The notes under the pieces: model-generated | Seen by the model: the letters and a program-made list of their open reading frames with translations, nothing else | What the model was told of the DNA's origin: nothing | Database searches by the model: none | Part shown: in pieces, positions 36,301 through 49,500 of the stretch | Numbering within the stretch: the first letter of the stretch is position 1 | Layout of the letters: the number at the start of each line of letters is the position of its first letter | Translations under genes and position numbers: made by a program | DNA from: Eledone cirrhosa | Taxonomy: Eukaryota | DNA: 64,000 bases | Assembly (NCBI GenBank): GCA_964016885.1 | Contig: OZ024740.1 | Location: forward strand, 295,306,001 to 295,370,000 | Direction: 5' to 3'

Positions 36301-39300
36301 ATGGATCCTTTTTCATTTGGGTGATCCATTTTTTATTTTGGGGATCCATTTTTTATTTGGGCGATCCATTTTTTATTTGGGGGACCCATTTTTTATTTGG
36401 GGGATCCATTTTTTATTTGGGTGATCCATTTTTTATTTGGGTGATCCATTTTTTATTTGGGTGATCCATTTTTTATTTGGGGGATCCATTTTTTATTTAG
36501 GGGATCCATTTTTTATTTGGGTGATCCATTTTTTATTTGGGTGATCCATTTTTTATATGGGTGATCCATTTTTTATTTGGGGGATCCATTTTTTATTTAG
36601 GGGATCCATTTTTTATTTGGGTGATCCATTTTCTATTTGGGTGATCCATATTTTATTTGAGGGATTCATTTTTTATTTGGGTGATCCATTCTTTATTTGG
36701 GTGATCCATTTTTTATTTGGGTGATCCATTTTTTATTTGGGTGATCCATTTTTTATTTGATGGATCTCCCAAATAAAGAATGGATCACCCAAATAAAAAA
36801 TGGATCCCCCAAATAAAAATTAGATCACCCAAATAAAAAATGGATACCCCAAATAAAAAATGGATCCCCCAAATAAAAAATGGATCCCCCAAATAAAAAA
36901 TGGATCACCCAAATAAAAAATGGATCACCCAAATAAAAAATGGATCACCCAAATAAAAAAAGGATCCATTTTTTATTTGGGGGAACCATTTTTTATTTGG
37001 GGGATCCATTTTTTATTTGGGGGATCCATTTTTTATTTGTGGGATCCATTTTTTATTTGGGGGATCCATTTTTTATTTGGGTGATCCATTTTTTGTTTGG
37101 GTGATCCATTTTTTATTTGGGTGATCCATTTTTTATTTGGGTGATCCATTTTTTATTTGGGTGATCCATTTTTTATTGCGGGATCCATTTTTTATTTTGG
37201 TGATCCATTTTTAATTTGGGGGATCCATTTTTTATTTGGAGGATCCATTTTTTATTTCGGTGATCCATTTTTTATTTAGGGGATCCATTTTTTATTTGGG
37301 TGATCCATTTTCTATTTGGCTGATCCATATTTTATTTGAGGGATCCATTTTTTATTTGGGTGATCCATTCTTTATTTGGGTGATCCATTTTTTATTTGGG
37401 TGATCCATTTTTTATTTGCTGGATCCATTTTTTATTTGGGGGATCCATTTTTTTTTGGTGGATCCATTTTTTATTTGGGGTATCCATTTTATATTTGGGT
37501 GATCCATTTTTTATTTGGGTGATCCATTTTTTATTTGGGGGATCCATTTTTTATTTGGGTGATCCATTTTTTATTTGGGGGATCCATTTTTTATTTGGGT
37601 GATCCATTTTTTATTTGGGGGATCCATTTTTTATTTGGTGGATCCATTTTTTATTTGGGTTATCCATTTTTTATTTGCGTGATCCACTTTTTATTTGGTG
37701 TATACATTTTTTATTTCGGTGATCCATTTTTTATTTGGGGGGTCCATTTTTTATTTCGGTGATCCATTTTTTATTTGGGTGATCCATTTTTTATTTGGGG
37801 TTTCCATTTTTTATTTGGGTGATCCATTTTTTATTTGGGAGATCCATCAAATAAAAAATGGATCACCCAAATAAAAAATGGATCGCCCAAATAAAAAATT
37901 GATCCAAAAAATAAAAAATGGATCACCCAAATAAAAAATGGATCCCCCAAATAAAAAAATGGATCCCCCAAATAAAAAATGGAACCCTTTTTTATTTGGC
38001 GGATCCATTTTTTATTTGGGGGATCCATTATCTATTTGGGTGATCCATTTTTTATTTGGGGGATCCATATTTTATTTGGGTGATCCATTTTTTATTTGGT
38101 GATACATTTTTTATTTGGGGGATCCAGTTTTTATTTGGGGGATCCATTTTTTATTTGGGTGATCCCTTTTTTATTTGGATGATCCATTTTTTATTTGGGG
38201 GATCCATTTTTTATTTGGGTGATCCATTTTTTATTTGGGGGATCCATTTTTTATTTGGGGGATACATTTTTTATTTGGGTGAGCCATTTTTTATTTGGGG
38301 GATCCATTTTTTATTTGGGTGATCCATTTTTTATTTGTGGGATCCATTTTTTATTTGGGGGATCCATTTTTTATTTGGGTGATCCATTTTTTATTTGGGT
38401 AATCCATTTTTTATTTGGGTGATCCATTTTTTATTTGGGTGATCCATTTTTTATTTGGGTGATCCATTTTTTACTTGGTGATCCATTTTTTATTTGGGGG
38501 ATCCATTTATGTTTTGGGTGATCCATTTTTTATTTGGGGGACCCATTTTTTATTTGGGTGATCCATTTTTTATTTGGGAGATACATCAAATAAAAAATGG
38601 ATCCCCCAAATAAAAAATGGATCACCAAATAAAAAATGGATCACCCAAATAAAAAATGGATCCCCCAAATAAAAAATGGATCCCCCAAATAAAAAATGGA
38701 TCCCTCAAATAAAAAATGGATCACCCAAATAAAAACTGGATCCCCCAAATAAAAAAATGGATCCACCAAATAAAAAATGGATCGCCCAAATAAAAAATGG
38801 ATCCAAAAAATCAAAAATGGATCACCCAAATAAAAAATGGATCCCCCAAATAAAAAATAGATCACCCAAATAATAAATGGATACCCCAAATAAAAAATGG
38901 ATCCCTCAAATAAAAAATGGATCCCCCAAATAAAAAATGCATTACCCAAATAAAAAATGGATCACCCAAATAAAAAATGGATCACCCAAATAAAAAATGG
39001 ATCCCCCAAATAAAAAATGGATCGCCCAAATAAAAAATGGATCACACAAATAAAAAATGGATCCCCCAAATAAAAAATGGATCACCCAAATAAAAAAAGG
39101 ACCCCCCAAGTAAAAAATGGATCCCCCAAATAAAAAATGGATCACCCAAATAAAAAATGGATCACCCAAATAAAAAATGGATCGCCCAAATAATAAATGG
39201 ATCACCCAAATAAAAAATGGATCCCCCAAATAAAAAATAGATGACCCAAATAAAAAATGGATACCCCAAATAAAAAATGGATCGCCCAAATAAAAAATGG

Positions 39301-41788
39301 ATCCAAAAAATAAAAAATGGATCACCCAAATAAAAAATGGATCACCCAAATAAAAAATGGACCCCCAAATAAAAAATGGATCACCCAAATAAAAAATGGA
39401 TCCCCGAAATAAAAAATGGATCACGCAAATAAAAAATGGATCCCCCAAATAAAAAATGGATCCCCCAAATAAAAAATGGATCCCCCAAATAAAAAATGGA
39501 TCCCCCAAATAAAAAATGGATCACCCAAATAAAAAATGGATCACCCAAATAAAAAATGGATCGCCCAAATAAAAAATGTATCCAAAAAATAAAAAATGGA
39601 TCACCCAAATAAAAAATGGATCCCCCAAATAAAAAATGGATCACCCAAATAAAAAATGGATCACCCAAATAAAAAATGGATCACCCAAATAAAAAATGGA
39701 TCACCCAAATAAAAAATGGATCGCCCAAATAAAAAATGGATCCCCAAATAATAAATGGATCACCCAAATAAAAAATAGATCCCCCAAATAAAAAATGGAT
39801 CCCCCAAATAAAAAATGGATCACCCAAATAAAAAAAGGACCCCCCAAGTAAAAAATGGATCCCCCAAATAAAAAATTGATCACCCAAATAAAAAATGGAT
39901 CACCCAAATAAAAAATGGATCGCCCAAATAAAAAATGGATCACCCAAATAAAAAATGGATCCCCCAAATAAAAAATAGATGACCCAAATAAAAAATGGAT
40001 ACCCCAAATAAAAAATGGATCGCCCAAATAAAAAATGGATCCAAAAAATAAAAAATTGATCACCCAAATAAAAAATGGATCGCCCAAATAAAAAATGGAC
40101 CCAAAAAATTAAAAATGGATCCCCCAAATAAAAAATGGATCCCCCAAATAAAAAATGGATCCCCCAAATAAAAAATGGATCACCCAAATTAAAAATTGAT
40201 CACCCAAATAAAAAATGGATCCCCCAAATAAAAAATGGATCCCCCAAATAAAAAATGGATCACCCAAATTAAAAATGGATCACCCAAATAAAAAATGGAT
40301 CACCCAAATAAAAAATGGATCCCCCAAATAAAAAATAGATCCCCCAAATAAAAAATGGATCCCCCAAATAAAAAATTGATCACTCAAATAAAAAATGGAT
40401 CGCCCAAATAAAAAATGGATCCAAAAAATTAAAAATGGATCCCCCAAATAAAAAATAGATCCCCCAAATAAAAAATGGATCCCCCAAATAAAAAATGGAT
40501 CACCCAAATAAAAAATTGATCACCCAAATAAAAAATGGATCGCCCAAATAAAAAATGGATCCAAAAAATTAAAAATGGATCCCCCAAATAAAAAATGGAT
40601 CCCCCAAATAAAAAATGGATCCCCCAAATAAAAAATGGATCACCCAAATTAAAAATTGATCACCCAAATAAAAAATGGATCGCCCAAATAAAAAATGGAT
40701 CACCCAAATAAAAAATGGATCACCCAAATAAAAAATGGATCCCCCAAATAAAAAATAGATCCCCCAAATGAAAAATGGATCGCCCGAATAAAAAATGGAT
40801 CCAAAAAATTAAAAATGGATCCCCCAAATAAAAAATGGATCCCCCAAATAAAAAATGGATCCCCCAAATAAAAAATGGATCACCCAAATAAAAAATTGAT
40901 CACCCAAATAAAAAATGGATCGCCCAAATAAAAAATGGATCGCCCAAATAAAAAATGGATCACCCAAATAAAAAATGGATCACCCAAATAAAAAATGGAT
41001 CCCCCAAATAAAAAATGGATCCCCCAAATAAAAAATAGATCCCCCAAATAAAAAATGGATCCCCCAAATAAAAAATTGATCACTCAAATAAAAAATGGAT
41101 CGCCCAAATAAAAAATGGATCCAAAAAATTAAAAATGGATCCCCCAAATAAAAAATAGATCCCCCAAATAAAAAATGGATCCCCCAAATAAAAAATGGAT
41201 CACCCAAATAAAAAATTGATCACCCAAATAAAAAATGGATCGCCCAAATAAAAAATGGATCCAAAAAATTAAAAATGGATCCCCCAAATAAAAAATGGAT
41301 CCCCCAAATAAAAAATGGATCCCCCAAATAAAAAATGGATCACCCAAATTAAAAATTGATCACCCAAATAAAAAATGGATCGCCCAAATAAAAAATGGAT
41401 CGCCCAAATAAAAAATGGATCACCCAAATAAAAAATGGATCACCCAAATAAAAAATGGATCCCCCAAATAAAAAATAGATCCCCCAAATAAAAAATGGAT
41501 CGCCCAAATAAAAAATGGATCCAAAAAATTAAAAATGGATCCCCCAAATAAAAAATGGATCCCCCAAATAAAAAATGGATCCCCCAAATAAAAAATGGAT
41601 CACCCAAATAAAAAATTGATCACCCAAATAAAAAATGGATCGCCCAAATAAAAAATGGATCGCCCAAATAAAAAATGGATCACCCAAATAAAAAATGGAT
41701 CACCCAAATAAAAAATGGATCCCCCAAATAAAAAATAGATCCCCCAAATAAAAAATGGATCACCCAAATAAAAAATGGATCACCCAAA
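33330..41788. repeat. Long pure SatA domain (~8.5 kb) with many inversions
   Basis: No SatB or SatC; switches between about 33431 and 38581, then about 3.2 kb all forward. Confidence 0.95.
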
Positions 41789-43787
41789 TTAATGCTGAAA
41801 TTTTCTGGAAAAAATGACGAAATTTTCTGGAAAAAATGACGAAATTTTCAGCAAAAATGACGAAATTTTCTGGAAAAATTGACGAAATATTCTGGATAAA
41901 TTGACGAAATATTCGTGAAAAATGTCGAAATTTTTTGGAAACAATGACGAAATTTTCGGGAAATATTGACGAAATTTTCTGTGAAAAATGCCGAAATTTT
42001 CGGGAAAAAACGTCGAAATTTTGGTCAAAAATTGTTGAAATTTTCGGCAAAAATTGTTGAAATTTTCGGCTGAAACTGACGAAATTTTCGGGAAAAAATG
42101 ATGAAATTTTCGGCAAAAATTGACTAAATTTTCCGGAAAAAATGACGAAATTTCCGGCAAAAATTTACGAAATTTTCATGAAAAAATGATGAAATTTTCT
42201 GTAAATTTGACGAAAATTTCGGGAAAAAATGCTGAAATTTTCTGGAAAATATGACGAAATTTTTAGCAAAAATGACGAAATTTTCTGGAAAAATTGACGA
42301 AATATCCTGGATAAATTGACGAAATATTCGGGAAAAAATGTCGAAATTTTTTTGAAAAAATGACGAAATTATCGGCAAAAAATGATGAAATTTTCGGGAA
42401 AAATTGACGAAATTTTCTTTGAAAAATGCCGAAATTTTCGGGAAAAAACGTCGAAATTTTCGGGAAAAAATGATGAAATTTTTGGCAACAACTGACTAAA
42501 TTTTCCGGAAAAAATGACGAAATATTCGGCAAAAAATGACGAAATTTTCGTGGAAAAATGCCGAAATTTTCCGCAAAAATTGACTAAATTTTCGGGAAAA
42601 ATTGACGAAATTTTCGGTAAAAAATCAGGAATTTTTAGGCAAAAATTGACGAAATTTTCGGGAAAAATTGACGAAATTTTCGGGAAAAAATGCCGAAACT
42701 TTAGGGAAAAAAATGATAAAATTTTCGGCAAAAATTGACGACATTTTCGGGAAAAAATGACGAAAGTTTCGGCAAAAAGTGACGAAATTTTCTTGGAAAA
42801 ATGCCGTAATTTTCTTGAAAAACGTCGAAATTTTCGGCAAAAATTGTTGAAATTTTCGGCTGAAATTGACGAAATTTTCGGGAAAAAATGATGAAATTTT
42901 CGGCATAAATTGACTAAATTTACGGAAAAAATGACGAAAATATCGGCAAAAATTGACGAAATTTTCGTGAAAATATGCCGAAATTTTCTTTGATAAATGC
43001 CGAAATTTTCGGGAAAAAACGTCGAAATTTTCGGCTGAAACTGACGAAATTTTCGGGAAAAAATGATGAAATTTTGGGCAAAAATTGACTAAATTTTCCG
43101 GAAAAAATGACGAAATATTCGGCAAAAAATGACGAAATTTTCGTGAAAAAATGCCGAAATTTTCCGCAAAAATTGACTAAAATTTTGGGAAAAATTGACG
43201 AAATTTTCGGGAAAAAATGCCGAAACTTTAGGGAAAAAAATGATGAGATTTTCGGCAAAAATTGACTACATTTTCGGGAAAAAATGACGAAAGTTTCGGC
43301 AAAAAGTGACGAAATTTTCTTGAAAAAATGCCGAAATTTTCGGCAAAAACTGACGAAATTTTCGCGAAAAAATGCCGAAATTTTCCGCAAAAATTGACGA
43401 AATTTTCTGTAAAAATTGACGAAATTTTCGGTAAAAAATGAGGAATTTTTAGGCAAAAATTGACGAAATTTTAGGGGAAAAATGAAAAAATTTTCGGCAA
43501 AAATTGACGACATTTTCGGGAAAAAATGACGAAAGTTTCGGGAAAAAATGCCTAAATTTTCGGGAAAAAAGGACGAAATTTTCGGTAAAAGTGACGAAAT
43601 TTTCGGCAAAAATTGACGAAATTTTCGGCAGAATTTGACGAAATTTTCGGGAAAAAACGCCGAAATTTTCGGGGAAAAATGAAAAAGTTTTCGGCCAAAA
43701 TGACTAAATTTTCGGGAAAAAACGAGGAAATTTTCATGAAAAAATGCCCAAATGTTCAGCAAAAAATGACGAAATTTTCGGCAAAAA
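41789..43787 (+). repeat. SatB block 11 (copy of block 9)
   Basis: 22-bp tandem. Confidence 0.95.
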
Positions 43788-43868
43788 TTAGGAGGTAGAA
43801 TCTTAGGGGGTAGAACCTTAGGAGGTAAAACCTTAGGAGGTAGAACCAAGGGGTAGAAGCTTAGGGGG
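43788..43868 (+). repeat. SatC linker L11 (AAGCTT variant)
   Basis: 15-bp TTAGG units. Confidence 0.95.
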
Positions 43869-44819
43869 AATCCATTTTTTATTTCGGTGATCCATTTTCT
43901 ATTTGGGGGATCCATTTTTTATTTCGGTGATCCATTTTTTATTTGGGTGATCCATTTTTTATTTGATGGATCTCCCAAATAAAAAATGGATCACCCAAAT
44001 AAAAAATGGATCCCCCAAATAAAAAATGGATCACCCAAATAAAAAATGGATCACCCAAATAAAAACTTGATCCTCCAAATAAAAAATGGATCCCCCAAAT
44101 AAAAAATGGATCCCCCAAATAAAAAATGGATCCCCCAAATAAAAAATGGATCACCCAAATAAAAACTGGATCCCCCAAATAAAAAATGGATCCCCCAAAT
44201 AAAAAATTGATCACCCAAATAAAAAATGGATCGCCCAAATAAAAAATGGATCCAAAAAATTAAAAATGGATCCCCCAAATAAAAAATGGATCCCCCAAAT
44301 AAAAAATGGATCCCCCAAATAAAAAATGGATCACCCAAATTAAAAATTGATCACCCAAATAAAAAATGGATCACCCAAATAAAAAATGGATCGCCCAAAT
44401 AAAAAATGGATCACCCAAATAAAAAATGGATCACCCAAATAAAAAATGGATCCCCCAAATAAAAAATAGATCCCCCAAATAAAAAATGGATCCCCCAAAT
44501 AAAAAATTGATCACCCAAATAAAAAATGGATCGCCCAAATAAAAAATGGATCCAAAAAATTAAAAATGGATCCCCCAAATAAAAAATGGATCCCCCAAAT
44601 AAAAAATGGATCCCCCAAATAAAAAATGGATCACCCAAATTAAAAATTGATCACCCAAATAAAAAATGGATCGCCCAAATAAAAAATGGATCGCCCAAAT
44701 AAAAAATGGATCACCCAAATAAAAAATGGATCACCCAAATAAAAAATGGATCCCCCAAATAAAAAATAGATCCCCCAAATAAAAAATAGATCACCCAAAT
44801 AAAAAATGGATCACCCAAA
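43869..44819. repeat. SatA array (copy of 30658-31608)
   Basis: Switch near 43970. Confidence 0.95.
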
Positions 44820-46490
44820 TTAATGCTGAAATTTTCTGGAAAAAATGACGAAATTTTCTGGAAAAAATGACGAAATTTTCAGCAAAAATGACGAAATTTT
44901 CTGGAAAAATTGACGAAATATTCTGGATAAATTGACGAAATATTCGTGAAAAATGTCGAAATTTTTTGGAAACAATGACGAAATTTTCGGGAAAATATTG
45001 ACGAAATTTTCTGTGAAAAATGCCGAAATTTTCGGGAAAAAACGTCGAAATTTTGGTCAAAAATTGTTGAAATTTTCGGCAAAAATTGTTGAAATTTTCG
45101 GCTGAAACTGACGAAATTTTCGGGAAAAAATGATGAAATTTTCGGCAAAAATTGACTAAATTTTCCGGAAAAAATGACGAAATTTCCGGCAAAAATTTAC
45201 GAAATTTTCATGGAAAAATGATGAAATTTTCTGTAAATTTGACGAAAATTTCGGGAAAAAATGCTGAAATTTTCTGGAAAATATGACGAAATTTTTAGCA
45301 AAAATGACGAAATTTTCTGGAAAAATTGACGAAATATCCTGGATAAATTGACGAAATATTCGGGAAAAAATGTCGAAATTTTTTTGAAAAAATGACGAAA
45401 TTATCGGCAAAAAATGATGAAATTTTCGGGAAAAATTGACGAAATTTTCTTTGAAAAATGCCGAAATTTTCGGGAAAAAACGTCGAAATTTTCGGGAAAA
45501 AATGATGAAATTTTTGGCAACAACTGACTAAATTTTCCGGAAAAAATGACGAAATATTCGGCAAAAAATGACGAAATTTTCGTGAAAAAATGCCGAAATT
45601 TTCCGCAAAAATTGACTAAATTTTCGGGAAAAATTGACGAAATTTTCGGTAAAAAATCAGGAGTTTTTAGGCAAAAATTGACGAAATTTTCGGGAAAAAT
45701 TGACGAAATTTTCTTGAAAAAATGCCGAAACTTTAGGGAAAAAAATGATAAAATTTTCGGCAAAAATTGACGACATTTTCGGGAAAAAATGACGAAAGTT
45801 TCGGCAAAAAGTGACGAAATTTTCTTGGAAAAATGCCGTAATTTTCTGGAAAAAACGTCGAAATTTTCGGCAAAAATTGTTGAAATTTTCGGCTGAAATT
45901 GACGAAATTTTCGGGAAAAAATGATGAAATTTTCGGCATAAATTGACTAAATTTACGGAAAAAATGACGAAAATATCGGCAAAAATTGACGAAATTTTCG
46001 TGAAAATATGCCGAAATTTTCCGCAAAAATTGACTAAATTTTCTGTAAAAATTGACGAAATTTTCGGTAAAAAATAAGGAATTTTTAGGCAAAAATTGAC
46101 GAAATTTTCGGGTAAAAATGCCGAAATTTTAGGGGGAAAAATGATGAAATTTTCGGCAAAAATTGACGACATTTTCGGGAAAAAATGACGAAAGTTTCGG
46201 GAAAAAAGGACGAAATTTTCGGGAAAAAAGGACGAAATTTTCGGTAAAAAGTGACGAAATTTTCGGCAAAAATTGACGAAATTTTCGGCAGAATTTGACG
46301 AAATTTTCTTCAAAAAAATCCGAAGTTTTCGGCAAAAATTGACGATGTTGTCGGGAAAAAAGGCCGAAATTTTCGAGGAAAAATGAAAAAATTTTCGGCC
46401 AAAATAACGAAATTTTCGGGAAAAAACGACGAAATTTTCGTGAAAAATGCCCAAATGTTCGGCAAAAAATGACGAAATTTTCGGCAAAAA
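44820..46490 (+). repeat. SatB block 12 (copy of block 10)
   Basis: 22-bp tandem. Confidence 0.95.
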
Positions 46491-46541
46491 TTAGGAGGTA
46501 GAATCTTAGGGGGTAGAACCAAGGGGTAGAACCTTAGGGGG
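46491..46541 (+). repeat. SatC linker L12, short form
   Basis: Identical to L10. Confidence 0.95.
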
Positions 46542-49500
46542 AATCCATTTTTTATTTCGGTGATCCATTTTCTATTTGGGGGATACATTTTTTATTTCGG
46601 TGATCCATTTTTTGTTTGGGTGATCCATTTTTTATTTGATGGATCTCCCAAATAAAAAATGGAACACCCAAATAAAAAATGGATCCCCCAAATAAAAAAT
46701 GGATCCCCCAAATAAAAAAAGGATTACCCAAATAAAAAATGGATCACCCAAATAAAAAATGGATCAACCAAATAAAAAATGGATCCCCCAAATAAAAAAT
46801 GGATCACCCAAATAAAAAATGGATCACACAATTAAAAAATGAATCCCCCAAATAAAAAATGGATCACCCAAATAAAAAAAGGATCCATTTTTTATTTGGG
46901 GGATCCATTTTTTATTTGGGTGATCCATTTTTTATTTGATGGATCTCCCAAATAAAAAATGGAACACCCAAATAAAAAATGGATCCCCCAAATAAAAAAT
47001 GGATCCCCCAAATAAAAAAAGGATTACCCAAATAAAAAATGGATCACCCAAATAAAAAATGGATCAACCAAATAAAAAATGGATCCCCCAAATAAAAAAT
47101 GGATCACCCAAATAAAAAATGGATCACACAATTAAAAAATGAATCCCCCAAATAAAAAATGGATCACCCAAATAAAAAAAGGATCCATTTTTTATTTGGG
47201 GGATCCATTTTTTATTTGGGTGATCCATTTTTTATTTGGGGGATCCCTTTTTTATTTGGGTGATCCATTTTTTATTTGGGTGATCCATTTTTTATTTGAG
47301 TGATCCATTTTTTATTTGGGGGATCCATTTTTTATTTGGGTGATCCATTTTTTATTTGGGGTATCCATTTTTTATTTGGTGGATCCATTTTTTATTTGGG
47401 TGATCCATTTTTTATTTGGGTGATCCATTTTTTATTTGGGTGATCCATTTTTTATTTCGGTGATCCCCAAATAAAAAAGGATCACCCAAATAAAAAAGGG
47501 ATCACCCAAATAAAAAATGGATCTACCAAATAAAAAATGGATCGCCTAAATAAAAAATGGATCCAAAAAATTTAAAATGGATCACCCAAATAAAAAATGG
47601 ATCCCCCAAATAAAAAATAGATCACCCAAATAAAAAATGGATACCCCAAATAAAAAATGGATCCCCCAAATAAAAAATGGATCCCCCAAATCAAAAATGG
47701 ATTACCCAAATAAAATATGGATCACCCAAATAAAAAATGGATCACCCAAATAAAAAATGGATCCCCCAAATAAAAAAAGGATCACCCAAATAAAAAATGG
47801 ATCACCCAAATAAAAAATGGATCACCCAAATAAAAAATGGATCCCCCAAATAAAAAATGGATCCTTTTTTTATTTGGGTGATCCATTTTTTATTTGGGTG
47901 ATCCATTTTTTATTTGGGGGATCCATTTTTTATTTGGTGGATCCATTTTTTATTTGGGTGATCCATTTTTTATTTGGGTGATCCATTTTTTATTTGGGGG
48001 ATCCATTTTTTATTTCGGTGATCCATTTTTTATTTGGCTGATCCATTTTTTATTTGATGGATCTACCCAATAAAAAATGGATCACCCAAATAAAAAATGG
48101 ATCCCCCAAATAAAAAATTGATCACCCAAATAAAAAATGGATCACCCAAACAAAAAATGGATCACCCAAATAAAAATGGATCCCCCAAATAAAAAATGGA
48201 TCCCCCAAATAAAAAATGGATCACCCAAATAAAAAATGGATCCCCCAAACAAAAAATGGATCACCCAAATAAAAACTTGATCCTCCAAATAAAAAATGGA
48301 TCACCCAAATAAAAAATGGATCCCCCAAATAAAAAATGGATCCCCCAAATAAAAAATGGATCCCCCAAATAAAAAATCGATCACCCAAATAAAAACTGGA
48401 TCCCCCAAATAAAAAATGGATCCCCCAAATAAAAAATTGATCACCCAAATAAAAAATGGATCGCCCAAATAAAAAATGGATCCAAAAAATTAAAAGTGGA
48501 TCACCCAAATAAAAAATGGATCACCCAAATAAAAAATGGATCACCCAAATATAAAATGAATCACCCAAATAAAAAATGGATCACCCAAATAAAAAACGGA
48601 TCCCCCCAAATAAAAAATGGATCCCCCAAATAAAAAAATGGATCACCCAAATAAAAAAGGATCCATTTTTTATTTGGGTGATCCATTTTTTATTTGGGTG
48701 GTAGATTTTTTATTTGGGGGATCCATTTTTTATTTGGGGGATCCATTTTTTATTTGGGTGATCCATTTTTTATTTGGGGGATCCATTTTTTATTTGGGGG
48801 ATCCATTTTTTATTTGGGTGATCCATTCTTTATTTGGGGGATCCATTTTTATTTGGGGGATCCATTTTTTGTTTGGGTGATCCATTTTTTATTTGGGGGA
48901 TCCATTTTTTATTTGGGGGATCCATTTTTTATTTGGGTGATCCATTTTTTATTTGGGGCATCCATTTTTTATTTGGGTGATCTATTTTTTATTTGGGGGA
49001 TCCATTTTTTATTTGGAGGATCCATTTTTTATTTGGGTGATCCATTTTTTATTTGGGGGATCCATTTTTTATTTGGGTAATCCATTTTCTATTTGGGTGA
49101 TCCATTTTTTATTTGAGGGATCTATTTTTTATTTGGGTGATCCATTTTTTATTTGGGTGATCCATTTTTTATTTGGGTGATCCATTTTTTATTTGGTGGA
49201 TCCATTTTTTATTTGGGGGATCCATTTTTTATTTGGTGGATCCATTTTTTATTTGGGTGATCCATTTTTTATTTGGGGGTTCCATTTTTTATTTGGGGGA
49301 TCCATCAAATAAAAAATGGATCAGCCAAATAAAAAATGGATCACCCAAATAAAAAATGGATCCCCCAAATAAAAAATGGTTCACCCAAATAAAAAATGGA
49401 CCACAAATAAAAAATGGATCACCCAAATAAAAAATGGATCACCCAAATAGAAAATGGATCCCCCCCCAAAAAAATGGATCACCCAAATAAAAATGGATCC

